A stretch of DNA of 64,000 bases, from the NCBI GenBank assembly GCA_045637825.1, contig JAZUAD010000018.1, positions 1,251 to 65,250 of the forward strand. The letters run 5' to 3'. The DNA comes from Candidatus Onthoplasma sp. (GTDB lineage: Bacteria > Bacillota > Clostridia > Christensenellales > UBA1242). This document shows, in pieces, positions 1-8,524 of this stretch. Position 1 is the first letter of the stretch; each line of letters opens with the position of its first letter. The translations under genes and the position numbers were made by a program. Under the pieces are notes generated by a model. It was given only the letters and a program-made list of their open reading frames with translations, made no database searches and had not been told where the DNA came from.

Positions 1-2
1 TT

Positions 3-185
3 ATGTTCGGTCGTAAGAAAAAAGAGAGAAATGAACAAAATTGTTCAAATGCAAGCAATTGTTCAAACGCTCAAAGCGGAAGTACTAGAAATGCAAGTTC
101 TAGAAGCACAAGAGGTTGTTCAAACGCTCAAAACGCTAGAAACTGCGGTAATAGTACACGCAATACAACTAGAAATTGTAACTAA
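3..185 (+). CDS. Small repetitive Cys/Asn/Ser/Arg-rich peptide (60 aa as called). The frame is open to the window edge, so the 5' end is uncertain.
   Basis: ORF MFGRKKKERNEQNCSNASNCSNAQ...; Cys always preceded by N or G (EQNC, ASNC, TRGC, ARNC, TRNC); CSNAQ occurs twice; hairpin terminator follows at 206-233. Confidence 0.35.
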   Translation: MFGRKKKERNEQNCSNASNCSNAQSGSTRNASSRSTRGCSNAQNARNCGNSTRNTTRNCN

Positions 186-205
186 TTTCTAGAACGAACA
201 AAAAA

Positions 206-233
206 GAAGCCTAATCATTAGGTTTCTTTTTAT
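206..233 (+). terminator. Rho-independent terminator after the small Cys-rich ORF
   Basis: Stem GAAGCCTAA / TTAGGTTTC (one G-T pair), loop TCA, followed by a T-run. Confidence 0.6.
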
Positions 234-250
234 TTACTTAAAACCACAAC

Positions 251-271
251 AAAAAACACCCGCTACGGGTG
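251..271 (-). terminator. Terminator that would directly follow tRNA-Leu in the unoccupied chromosome
   Basis: Hairpin CACCCG-cta-CGGGTG with an A-run on the + strand (U-run on the - strand), immediately outside the attL core. Confidence 0.55.
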
Positions 272-275
272 CATT

Positions 276-286
276 TGGTGCCGATG
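276..286. repeat. attL core (copy of the tRNA-Leu 3' end)
   Basis: TGGTGCCGATG identical to 13647-13657. Confidence 0.6.
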
Positions 287-326
287 ACCTTGATACATGC
301 CTTATTTTAAGGGGTTTATCGCATTA

Positions 327-348
327 CCGTACTAAAATCGTACTAAAA
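327..348 (+). repeat. Tandem CCGTACTAAAA / TCGTACTAAAA, putative integrase arm-type sites (left arm); a third partial copy CCGTACTA lies at 419-426
   Basis: The same 11-mer is repeated in tandem at 13530-13551 in the same orientation. Confidence 0.5.
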
Positions 349-472
349 TTTTTACGAGCATTTGAATTATTTTTGTCTAATTATAAGACCGGACTCACTC
401 ATTTTATCATATTAATAACCGTACTATTTTTTAATTTTTCGTTTTAACTGTTATTTAATGTCAAGTAAGCAA

Positions 473-510
473 AACAAAAAAACGCCCTGCTTCCGCAGTG
501 CGTGTTTTTT
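473..510. terminator. Bidirectional hairpin terminator closing the long minus-strand prophage operon
   Basis: Stem ACGCCCTGC / GCAGTGCGT (one mismatch), loop TTCC, flanked by an A-run and a T-run. Confidence 0.55.
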
Positions 511-519
511 CTGTTTTTG

Positions 520-770
520 CTAATTTTTACGATTAGCTGGTCTTTGCCTACTTGGGCGTTGCCCAAACCCACAAGGAACTTAGTCCCTTGACCCCAATAT
601 CACTCGCCGTTAGGCAACCCAACCCAGAAACACTGTTTCTTGGTTGACACGCTAATAGTTTACTTTCACATAATTGTCAATTGCTCTTTTAGTGATTTTG
701 TTCCTTAAGCCCCAACATCTTTAGGTCGACACTGGGTTACCTCAAAATAACTAACGTTTCATTGACAAAA
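520..770. other. GC-rich, hairpin-rich non-coding region of the prophage (candidate origin or packaging region)
   Basis: No ORF of 60 aa or more. It is locally much more GC-rich than its surroundings. C-rich motifs are repeated (GCCCAAACCC, GACCCCAA, CAACCCAACCC, GCCCCAAC). Hairpins include TTGGGC-gtt-GCCCAA and a 12-bp stem at 620-646. Confidence 0.4.
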
Positions 771-838
771 TAAACTTATTCATAAGATAACGCAAAAAAG
801 CAAGTATTAAACTTGCTTGGAATCGTTTGATAAATTAA

Positions 839-1465
839 TTATTTTTGCGCCGGCGCAATTTTCTTGCTCTTTATACTTTCATATTTTCGTTGCAAATCAA
901 TGTATAAACTAATTAATTCTTGTTTAGCTAGTATTTGCAAATCTTTTTTAGTCCAATGTTCTCTAAAAGTTCTTACATAAGATATTTCTTCTTCCTCTTC
1001 TGGTGTTGGTTTGCTTTCTTCTGCATAATCTCCATTTATTCTTCTTATAACAATCCTTAAATCTTTCCTTGACAATTCTGGAGTTATATATCCCTCTTTT
1101 ATGGCACAACTTAAATCTTCAGCGGTTAATTGCAAAAGTTCTATTAATTTTGTCCTATCATATTCTTTAAAATCTTCCATTAAAGATACTTCATCTTCTT
1201 TTATATCCATAAACCTTTCACATAATGCAGAAATTCTACTATATAAGCTTTCACTAATGCCAAATAATTGCTTTACCAATTTAGACTTCTTAATAATTGT
1301 TCCATCTATTAACCTTAAATCATTATATCCTAAATCAGTTTTTAACCCTTTAAACTTATATATAACTCCATAAAAATTTATCCAAGAAGTGTTTGTATTA
1401 AAATATATACTCTTCATCTTCTTGAGGATTGTCAAGGCCTCCAACGAACTAACTTTATCTATCAT
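839..1465 (-). CDS. Hypothetical prophage protein (208 aa)
   Basis: Long ORF, last gene of the minus-strand operon; no motif recognised. Confidence 0.6.
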   Translation of the reverse strand: MIDKVSSLEALTILKKMKSIYFNTNTSWINFYGVIYKFKGLKTDLGYNDLRLIDGTIIKKSKLVKQLFGISESLYSRISALCERFMDIKEDEVSLMEDFKEYDRTKLIELLQLTAEDLSCAIKEGYITPELSRKDLRIVIRRINGDYAEESKPTPEEEEEISYVRTFREHWTKKDLQILAKQELISLYIDLQRKYESIKSKKIAPAQK

Positions 1466-1468
1466 AAG

Positions 1469-1771
1469 CTAAACCTTTGTATTATCTATTAATTTCATTT
1501 CTTTATGAGCTTTAATAAATCTATCTACAAATTTAACATAAGCATTTTCAAACCATAAATCATCTTCATACATCTTACAACGTTCTTTCCAATCTATAAA
1601 ACAATCTTCACACAAATAACGATTAAGTATAGGAACATATATACCTTTACTAGCAAATTTATTACAATTATCACAAATACCGAACCCATTAAATATCTCT
1701 ATCGCATCTATTGCTCGCATTTTATATACTGTATAACCTTTATCTATCTTGAATTTTATTAATTCTCTCAT
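1469..1771 (-). CDS. Hypothetical Cys-pair (CxxC ... CxxC) protein (100 aa)
   Basis: ORF with CDNC and CEDC pairs; packed tightly against its neighbours. Confidence 0.5.
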   Translation of the reverse strand: MRELIKFKIDKGYTVYKMRAIDAIEIFNGFGICDNCNKFASKGIYVPILNRYLCEDCFIDWKERCKMYEDDLWFENAYVKFVDRFIKAHKEMKLIDNTKV

Positions 1772-2114
1772 GTTCTTTCTTTATCCTTTTTCTTTGTTTC
1801 ATATATTTATCTGAATGTTCGCTTTTATAATGCTCAACATAATTATCAATAAGTAAACATTGCGCATCTGTCAAAGATGTAATAATACTTCTATTCCTTA
1901 ATGGAATCGCATAATAATTAACCTTTTCCTTATCTTTTCTTAAATCCTTTAAAGTTAAAGGAATAAAACCACCTTTAGCAATATGCTCTTTTAAATAAGT
2001 TAAACTTATTAAAAATTCTTTTCTTTCTTCTAATAATGTTTCAACATCTACAATAAAATTTTCTTGTAATTCAATTTCTGCTTCAATATCTTTTTCTTTA
2101 ATATAATTTTTCAT
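1740..2114 (-). CDS. Hypothetical prophage protein (124 aa)
   Basis: ORF with upstream AAGGAG-type RBS (aaaaggagtttgttATG). Confidence 0.55.
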   Translation of the reverse strand: MKNYIKEKDIEAEIELQENFIVDVETLLEERKEFLISLTYLKEHIAKGGFIPLTLKDLRKDKEKVNYYAIPLRNRSIITSLTDAQCLLIDNYVEHYKSEHSDKYMKQRKRIKKEHERINKIQDR

Positions 2115-2126
2115 AACAAACTCCTT

Positions 2127-2204
2127 TTAATCAAAAACATTTAAAAACATAGATAATCCAAAAGTTGCGCAAACACAACACAATAAAAGTAAACCAATAT
2201 TCAT
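2127..2204 (-). CDS. Unlisted 25-aa hydrophobic peptide (MNIGLLLLCCVCATFGLSMFLNVFD)
   Basis: Strong RBS GAGGAG 5 nt upstream of the ATG; sits in the 12-nt-spaced gap between Rep and the next gene. Confidence 0.4.
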   Translation of the reverse strand: MNIGLLLLCCVCATFGLSMFLNVFD

Positions 2205-2215
2205 AACAACTCCTC

Positions 2216-3205
2216 TTACCAAATAAAATCAATTTCATCTTCATCTAAAGGTATTAAACCTCTATCTAATAATTCTTTCATACTATTATTAACCTTAACC
2301 TGTAATACATCTAAATCCTCATTAGATGAAACAAAGTCACTATTATCCAAATAATACCAATCATACTTTTTAACCATTGCTAAAATATCATTGGCATTTT
2401 TAATCCTAAACCCTTTTTCTTCTTGATTATAATCATCACAATATAATATAAACTTTTCTTCAGGCAGTTCTAAATTCCTAGAATAATAAAACCTATTTTT
2501 AAACTTAGATGTAGTTCCTAAAGACTTTTCAATATACTTAAGTACATAAGTATTGGTTCGTGCTTTGTCTTGAATTATTGTTGCTGTACTATATCCAGAA
2601 TAATATATACCAACATTATACACTGTAGCGCCATCTGTAACATTAAGTGTGTGGTCTGCACATTGTTTCAAAAACCTTTGTTTATCCATTATACCATTAG
2701 TACGAACCGCCCAATGACAACATACTTTACCACTATTAGTAAGTTTTAGTTTTCTCCAACTAATATTACCAATTAACATATGAAAATGTAGTGCGCCATC
2801 TCTTTTGTGGCGTTCAACTACTGTTATATATCTAACATCTGGCCTTATATATTTAAGTCTTTTAACAAAGTTCTGATATTCAATTACAACACTATCTTCA
2901 TCTAGTCTATCAACTTTATCCTTATCAAAAGTAAGAGTTATAAACCAATCAAACTCATTAATTTCAAGCAACTGCATTAACTTAATTCTACTTCGAGTTA
3001 TTGAAGCATACCTTGAGGCATTAACAATTTTACGAGTATATAGTTCAATCTCTCCAGTTTCTAAATTTAAACGTTTAAGAAAACCATCACTTGCATCTAT
3101 TATTGGTTGATACTTCTTTACTACTTGTCCTCTTGATTTAGGATAGTATGTCAATAGGGTATAATCTTGATATACTAATTCTTTCTTTACTATGTATTTA
3201 GACAT
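2216..3205 (-). CDS. HUH-superfamily rolling-circle replication initiator (Rep)
   Basis: Motif 1 FITLTF, motif 2 HFHMLIG (HUH), motif 3 YVLKYIEK (YxxxY-type catalytic tyrosines); GGAGG RBS before ATG 3205. Confidence 0.7.
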   Translation of the reverse strand: MSKYIVKKELVYQDYTLLTYYPKSRGQVVKKYQPIIDASDGFLKRLNLETGEIELYTRKIVNASRYASITRSRIKLMQLLEINEFDWFITLTFDKDKVDRLDEDSVVIEYQNFVKRLKYIRPDVRYITVVERHKRDGALHFHMLIGNISWRKLKLTNSGKVCCHWAVRTNGIMDKQRFLKQCADHTLNVTDGATVYNVGIYYSGYSTATIIQDKARTNTYVLKYIEKSLGTTSKFKNRFYYSRNLELPEEKFILYCDDYNQEEKGFRIKNANDILAMVKKYDWYYLDNSDFVSSNEDLDVLQVKVNNSMKELLDRGLIPLDEDEIDFIW

Positions 3206-3221
3206 ATACCCCTCCAACTTT

Positions 3222-4253
3222 TTAATTTATCTCGTTCATATAAAGTTCCGCCTCTTCTTTTAAGTCTTGTTTCATTTTCTTTAGTTTCGCCCTCTTTTCA
3301 ATAGTTTTATATAATTCAAGACCTTCATCTAATTTTGCTTTTGCAATATCAGACTTTGATTTGCCGGCAACTGCATTTACACTTGTCCTATCCAATTTTT
3401 GAATAGGTACATGTATCTTATATGTATAATCTTTAATTCCATACAAGAATTTAGGTTGTCCGCCTTGAGAATTATAATATTTATGAGGGTTATCTTTAAA
3501 TACGAACTTACAATGTGTTACTTGTGGTGGAGATATATCCATACCCAAATCTTTAAACTCTTGATAACGTAATATCTCTTGAGGGTATGTAATATCGTAA
3601 TACCATATAAATTTTTGTCTAAACCACCACCTTTTAGGTTTTACAACTCTACCAAGTATATGATAATGCTCCATTGTAAGTTCTCTAATTTTTTTATCCA
3701 AATTACCAATAACTTGAACTATAATTATTAACGTAATATTGTTATGACCTATGTACTTTAAAAAATCTATCAACTCTTTAGGTGTATTCTGCCAATCTCG
3801 ATTAGGCCACACCTCATCTCCCTCATCTACAATAATTGTTGAACCATAAGGGATATGTTTAAATTGACCTTTCTCATTTGGCATTCCTATCTCTTTAGGG
3901 TCTATCTCAAAAGTTGCGTTATTACATTTTTTATTTAAAAAAAATGGAAAGTTTTTAGAAGAAAAGATATAATGCCCTGCAGAAGATTTTGACAGCTTGT
4001 ATACATTTTTGCCATTTTCCTTAATATTGTTGAGCATATCGATAAAAGCATTTGTTTCTTTATTCCTGCGTTTGTTTTGATATTTATAAAAATGTTGCAT
4101 AAAACCTGTTACAAATGAGTTTTTTCCAGTTCGTTGAGGTGCTGTAATTGTTATAATTCTGCTTGATATATCATCTTTTTTTAAGTTTGTTTTATGTAAT
4201 ATAACTTTATGCTTAACCTTTTTTTGCTTAAGTTTTGTCTTATCCTTTTTCAT
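3222..4253 (-). CDS. Zot / inovirus pI-like P-loop assembly ATPase
   Basis: Walker A APQRTGKNS, Walker B IIVDEGDEVWPNR, then GHNNITLIIIVQ...IRELTMEHYHI, which resembles the Zot HRH-G-D-x-TQ block; no C-terminal TM segment seen. Confidence 0.6.
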   Translation of the reverse strand: MKKDKTKLKQKKVKHKVILHKTNLKKDDISSRIITITAPQRTGKNSFVTGFMQHFYKYQNKRRNKETNAFIDMLNNIKENGKNVYKLSKSSAGHYIFSSKNFPFFLNKKCNNATFEIDPKEIGMPNEKGQFKHIPYGSTIIVDEGDEVWPNRDWQNTPKELIDFLKYIGHNNITLIIIVQVIGNLDKKIRELTMEHYHILGRVVKPKRWWFRQKFIWYYDITYPQEILRYQEFKDLGMDISPPQVTHCKFVFKDNPHKYYNSQGGQPKFLYGIKDYTYKIHVPIQKLDRTSVNAVAGKSKSDIAKAKLDEGLELYKTIEKRAKLKKMKQDLKEEAELYMNEIN

Positions 4254-4473
4254 CTCTATCCTCTACAGATAATTCTTTTAAAAATTTCTTATAAGTTTTT
4301 TTCACAAGATTAATACCATCATCTAACCCTTTAAGATAACCTTTTTCTAATTTGCGCCTCATTCGTTTCCCGTTAGAATCAAATATAGTTCTTTCCTTAT
4401 ATGACCTTTCTGCTTGCTTGTTTTTTAAGTTTGCTAATAATCTGTTATAAAAAATATCTAATTCTACACTCAT
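4240..4473 (-). CDS. Hypothetical small basic protein (77 aa from MSVELDIF...)
   Basis: GGAG RBS before ATG 4473; 14-nt overlap with the Zot-like start. Confidence 0.5.
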   Translation of the reverse strand: MSVELDIFYNRLLANLKNKQAERSYKERTIFDSNGKRMRRKLEKGYLKGLDDGINLVKKTYKKFLKELSVEDRDEKG

Positions 4474-4505
4474 AAAAATTTCTCCTATAAATTTTAAATA
4501 AACTA

Positions 4506-4534
4506 TTGACTTTTTAATAAAAATTGAATATAAT
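4506..4534 (+). promoter_or_regulatory. Consensus sigma-70-type promoter on the + strand (antisense to the prophage operon)
   Basis: TTGACT - 17 nt - TATAAT. Confidence 0.5.
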
Positions 4535-4540
4535 AATAGT

Positions 4541-4620
4541 ATCAAGCATCAAGTAGTAATACATTGATTGCAATGGACTGTGTTTACAGTACTAAAGTGG
4601 GATTATTCCCACTTTTTTTA
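4541..4620 (+). ncRNA. Candidate ~80-nt antisense small RNA (promoter to terminator unit)
   Basis: Lies between the consensus promoter at 4506-4534 and the hairpin AGTGGG-attatt-CCCACT + T7 at 4596-4619; no credible ORF. Confidence 0.3.
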
Positions 4621-4986
4621 TTGCAAAAATTTTCCTATAAAGAAATTATGCCTTTTCTTAATCCTCTTTTTTCCAACATCTTTAATATTTGACATCTTAA
4701 CGTTTTTAACAGGTTTTTTGTTGATACCAGACCATCTAGTAAAATTAGAGTCATATAATGGTATTGGATAGGTATTACCTCTTCTCACATTTTGAATTCG
4801 CCTATGATTAATTGTTTTATCTTTATCCTCTAAAGAGGTAACAATATTCACATCACAAGTACCATTCTTATATACCTTACGAATATACACATAATGACCG
4901 CCTTTCAAATCTCTCATAGTGGGCAAATCTTTATTATCACAATAACCAATCTTAGACTTATATTTACTATAAGGCATCTTTTTCAT
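4618..4986 (-). CDS. Hypothetical basic protein (122 aa)
   Basis: ORF rich in K/R; no motif recognised. Confidence 0.55.
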   Translation of the reverse strand: MKKMPYSKYKSKIGYCDNKDLPTMRDLKGGHYVYIRKVYKNGTCDVNIVTSLEDKDKTINHRRIQNVRRGNTYPIPLYDSNFTRWSGINKKPVKNVKMSNIKDVGKKRIKKRHNFFIGKFLQ

Positions 4987-5065
4987 ACGTACTCCTTTTT
5001 ATCTAATAACGTTTGGCGGTAGGTAGAATTTTTATACTTGTTCCTACCATCACAAGTTTTATATA

Positions 5066-6709
5066 TTAAGTTGTTTCTATCTCTACAAATTCGTTAGTTA
5101 ACGAACTCCAAATATCTGCAGTCTTATATGCTTCAACTCCGTATACGTGTAGTGTTGCAGAACAACCCTTAAAAGCGTCTGCATCTATTGTTGGTGGAAT
5201 CTCTACTAAAATTATAATATCAGTTAAACCAGAACAAGAATAAAAACCCCATTTTTTTATACTAGTAACATTTTGAGGAATTATCATACTCGTCAATTTT
5301 TTACAACCATAAAAACACGATGAACCAATACTAGTAACATCTTGAGGAATTGTTACAGTTGTTAAATTTTCACAACTGAAAAAAGTTTCAGAAGGCAAAG
5401 AAGTTAAACCACTAGGCAAAACAACACTAACTAAATTCTCACAAATATAAAACATCATATTTTCAAAAGTTGTAACACTATCTGGAATCACTATATTTGT
5501 TAAATTTTTACAATACCAAAATACTGCAGCTTCCATAGTAGTAATGCTATTAGGCAAATCAATAGTACTAAAACCACAACCACGAAATGCTTGACTACCT
5601 ATACTTACAACATTGGTTGTTAATTCAACTTCTGTAAGAGATGAACAGTCCTGAAAACTAGATACAGGAATATTTTTAATATCAATCACTGCAGTTGTTA
5701 GATTAATACAATTTTGAAATACAGAACTTCCAAAAGTTGTTACACTATTTGGAATCAATATACTTATTAAACCTGAGTTATAAAATGCTTTTTTTTCTAT
5801 TGTTTTTAGTGAACTAGGAAAAGTAACGCTAGTTAATGAAGTACATCCAGAAAAACTAGATTCTCCAATAAACAATAAATTTTCTGTATCAATTTCTGTC
5901 AATTTTTTGCAACTAGAAAATGCAAAATCTTGAATAGTCCTCAAATTTGGAGAGTACACACGCTCTAAACTACTACACTGAGAAAAAGAATATTCCCACA
6001 AAGCAGTTACGCAGTTTAAATTTAAAGTTTTTAAAGATGTGCAATGATAAAAAGCATAACTTGCTATATAGCCAATCGTCTCAGGAACCTCGACACTTAC
6101 TAATCTTTGACAATCATAAAAAGCATAACCGCCTATATAAGTTAATCCCTCCAAATCTTCAGCATAAACTTCAGTTACGGTTTTATCAATAATACTTGTC
6201 AATCTTGTGACTCTTGAATTTAAAGAGTTTATTTGAATATCATTTACTAGTATGGTTTCATATAAATCATTCATAGTATCATTTAAAGAACTTATATAAT
6301 CATCTTTTTCTTTAATACTATTATTTAAAGCGCTTATTTCATTTGTAAGATTATCTATCTCTTCTTGAGAACTTTCTCCAGAAGATAATAGCGCATCTCG
6401 TTCTTCAGTCAAAGTATTTACTTGAGATTGAAGATTTGATTTTTCCTCAGTTAAAATATTTACTTGATTAGAATATGAAGTTATTTGTGATTCTAATTGT
6501 TTGTTTTCTTTTTGTTTTTCAGCAACATCTAACTGAAGTTCTTGTATCTTACGTGAAAATTCATTATTTGATTGGTCCATTTGAGTTTGTACCGACATTT
6601 TACCAGCAGAGTAAAAATCACTACCATACAAAACTAAACCGGCAGAAACAACAAGTAAACAACCTAGGAAAAATATCAAAACTCCCATTTTACTAAATAA
6701 TTTTTTCAT
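5066..6709 (-). CDS. Membrane-anchored coiled-coil + BspA-type leucine-rich-repeat protein (547 aa)
   Basis: N-terminal hydrophobic anchor, ~150-aa heptad-like stalk, then repeated units of the form IPxSVTxIGxxAFxxCxxLxxI. Confidence 0.75.
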   Translation of the reverse strand: MKKLFSKMGVLIFFLGCLLVVSAGLVLYGSDFYSAGKMSVQTQMDQSNNEFSRKIQELQLDVAEKQKENKQLESQITSYSNQVNILTEEKSNLQSQVNTLTEERDALLSSGESSQEEIDNLTNEISALNNSIKEKDDYISSLNDTMNDLYETILVNDIQINSLNSRVTRLTSIIDKTVTEVYAEDLEGLTYIGGYAFYDCQRLVSVEVPETIGYIASYAFYHCTSLKTLNLNCVTALWEYSFSQCSSLERVYSPNLRTIQDFAFSSCKKLTEIDTENLLFIGESSFSGCTSLTSVTFPSSLKTIEKKAFYNSGLISILIPNSVTTFGSSVFQNCINLTTAVIDIKNIPVSSFQDCSSLTEVELTTNVVSIGSQAFRGCGFSTIDLPNSITTMEAAVFWYCKNLTNIVIPDSVTTFENMMFYICENLVSVVLPSGLTSLPSETFFSCENLTTVTIPQDVTSIGSSCFYGCKKLTSMIIPQNVTSIKKWGFYSCSGLTDIIILVEIPPTIDADAFKGCSATLHVYGVEAYKTADIWSSLTNEFVEIETT

Positions 6710-6721
6710 TTTTTACTCCTT

Positions 6722-8524
6722 TTATATCTTGACAAATTTACTTGTAAAGTTAGACCAGTTATTAGCATTTGCATATACATCTAACTCTCCGACAATATAT
6801 ATTGTTGTAGTTGCGCTTGAAATAGCGTTAGTACTTTCCAAAATAGGTGGAACAACTGACAAAATTGTCATAGTTATTAAATTACTACACTCTTGGAAAG
6901 CGCCTTTAACAATTTTTGTAACACTTGCTGGCAGTATTATATTATTTAAAGAAGTACAACCATAGAAAGCACCTTGTCCTACGATTTGTAAACTTTCTGG
7001 AAGAGTTACATTAGTAAGATTTGTACAATAAGCAAATGCACCATAACCTAAAGAAGTACAAGCAGAATCTTCCTCAAACTCTACAGAAACTAAAGATTTA
7101 CAATCTTGGAAAACGCTTTCTCCAACGCTTGTTAATCCTTTTGGAATTATAACTTGCTCTAAACCACAATCATTAAAGGCCAATCTTTCAATAGTAGTAA
7201 GACCTGCAGGAAAAGATATTGCTTTTAAATTAGAACAACCTGCAAATGCATAAGAACCAATAGTTAATAAACTATCTGGTAATACAACTTCTGTAATATT
7301 TTTATTGTTATAAAAAGCGTGTGCTTTTATTTCTGTAACTAAAGCAAGTCCATTTACACCATCATTATAAGTTGATGGAATAGTTATAGTTGTTGCATCT
7401 GTATACTCAGAACCAGTTACTACATATGTAGATGTTGCTTCGTTATATTCACATAAAACGTTATATACTGGAGATGTCCAGTGAGCATACAACGTAATAT
7501 CACTTAAACCCATAACACTAGTGGAAGTTGCCAACACTCCATCTTTTGTATACCAACCCGCAAATTCATAATCAGTACGTGTTGGAACTGGTAATTCTCC
7601 AAACAACTCAGTACCATATAAAGATTTGCTTGTAATATCCAATTCTCCACCTGTTGCATCAAAACTTAAAGTAAAAGGATAAGCATAAAGCGAAACACTT
7701 CCAGTAACCATATAATCTTCAGCAACTAAAGTTTCTGCATCAAACTTCCATACATATTTATCTTGTTCTGGAAGATTAATCATAGTTCCATTTTTATATA
7801 TTTGCTTGAATGATAACTCATCATCAAGATAATAACTAACTACTGAATATTCGCTAGTATCTCCTGTTCCAAATTGTATCTCTTGAGAATAATCATAACC
7901 TTTATTATCTATTGTCACTTCAAATAAATTTTTATTAAAATAATTATTCCAATACTTAATACAGTCAGCGCCACCATTAGTACTTACTTGTAAATAAGTA
8001 GAATTAACGTAAAATGCAAACTTAAAAGACAACGTGTCATCAATTAGAGCATTAAAATTAACATCATAGAACGCATATCTATATTCTGCCAATACGTAAT
8101 CTTTAGTAATTTCAACATAATTACAAGGCATACCATTTACATATACACCATAAGTCAAATCATCTTCTAGTTCCAAATTTAAAACTTTGTCACTAGTTAT
8201 CTTGGCAGAATATATATCACCATCTTTTGTCAAAGCTAGATTTTTAAATGAAAACGAAACATCATCTGAAACAACAACTTCATTTGGATTATACCAGTCT
8301 TTAAGTTGTCCAAATATTCCACCTCGAGCAGAATAATGTCTATCTAATTGAACTCCACAATATGTTGTAAAACCTAAAACAACTGCACAAATTACTGTAA
8401 CTATAATGATTTTTCCGTTTTTATATCTTAAGCAATACCCTATAAGTACAACAATAGCAATTAAAAACGCTATTTTCCACATTGTATTATAAAAACCTGA
8501 AAATAACCCTAAAATGTTATACAT
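6722..8524 (-). CDS. Membrane protein with a Listeria-Bacteroides-type repeat and a BspA-type LRR C-terminal domain (600 aa)
   Basis: Two N-terminal TM segments; YEFAGWYTKDG...LYAHWT repeat; LRR units such as ITLPESLQIVGQGAFYGCTSL. Confidence 0.75.
   Translation of the reverse strand: MYNILGLFSGFYNTMWKIAFLIAIVVLIGYCLRYKNGKIIIVTVICAVVLGFTTYCGVQLDRHYSARGGIFGQLKDWYNPNEVVVSDDVSFSFKNLALTKDGDIYSAKITSDKVLNLELEDDLTYGVYVNGMPCNYVEITKDYVLAEYRYAFYDVNFNALIDDTLSFKFAFYVNSTYLQVSTNGGADCIKYWNNYFNKNLFEVTIDNKGYDYSQEIQFGTGDTSEYSVVSYYLDDELSFKQIYKNGTMINLPEQDKYVWKFDAETLVAEDYMVTGSVSLYAYPFTLSFDATGGELDITSKSLYGTELFGELPVPTRTDYEFAGWYTKDGVLATSTSVMGLSDITLYAHWTSPVYNVLCEYNEATSTYVVTGSEYTDATTITIPSTYNDGVNGLALVTEIKAHAFYNNKNITEVVLPDSLLTIGSYAFAGCSNLKAISFPAGLTTIERLAFNDCGLEQVIIPKGLTSVGESVFQDCKSLVSVEFEEDSACTSLGYGAFAYCTNLTNVTLPESLQIVGQGAFYGCTSLNNIILPASVTKIVKGAFQECSNLITMTILSVVPPILESTNAISSATTTIYIVGELDVYANANNWSNFTSKFVKI

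Noticed and set aside
389-396. CCGGACTC, matching the tRNA-Leu segment next to the att core, as a possible second att remnant
   Set aside because: It is only 8 nt and does not adjoin the 11-bp core copy, so it is compatible with chance.
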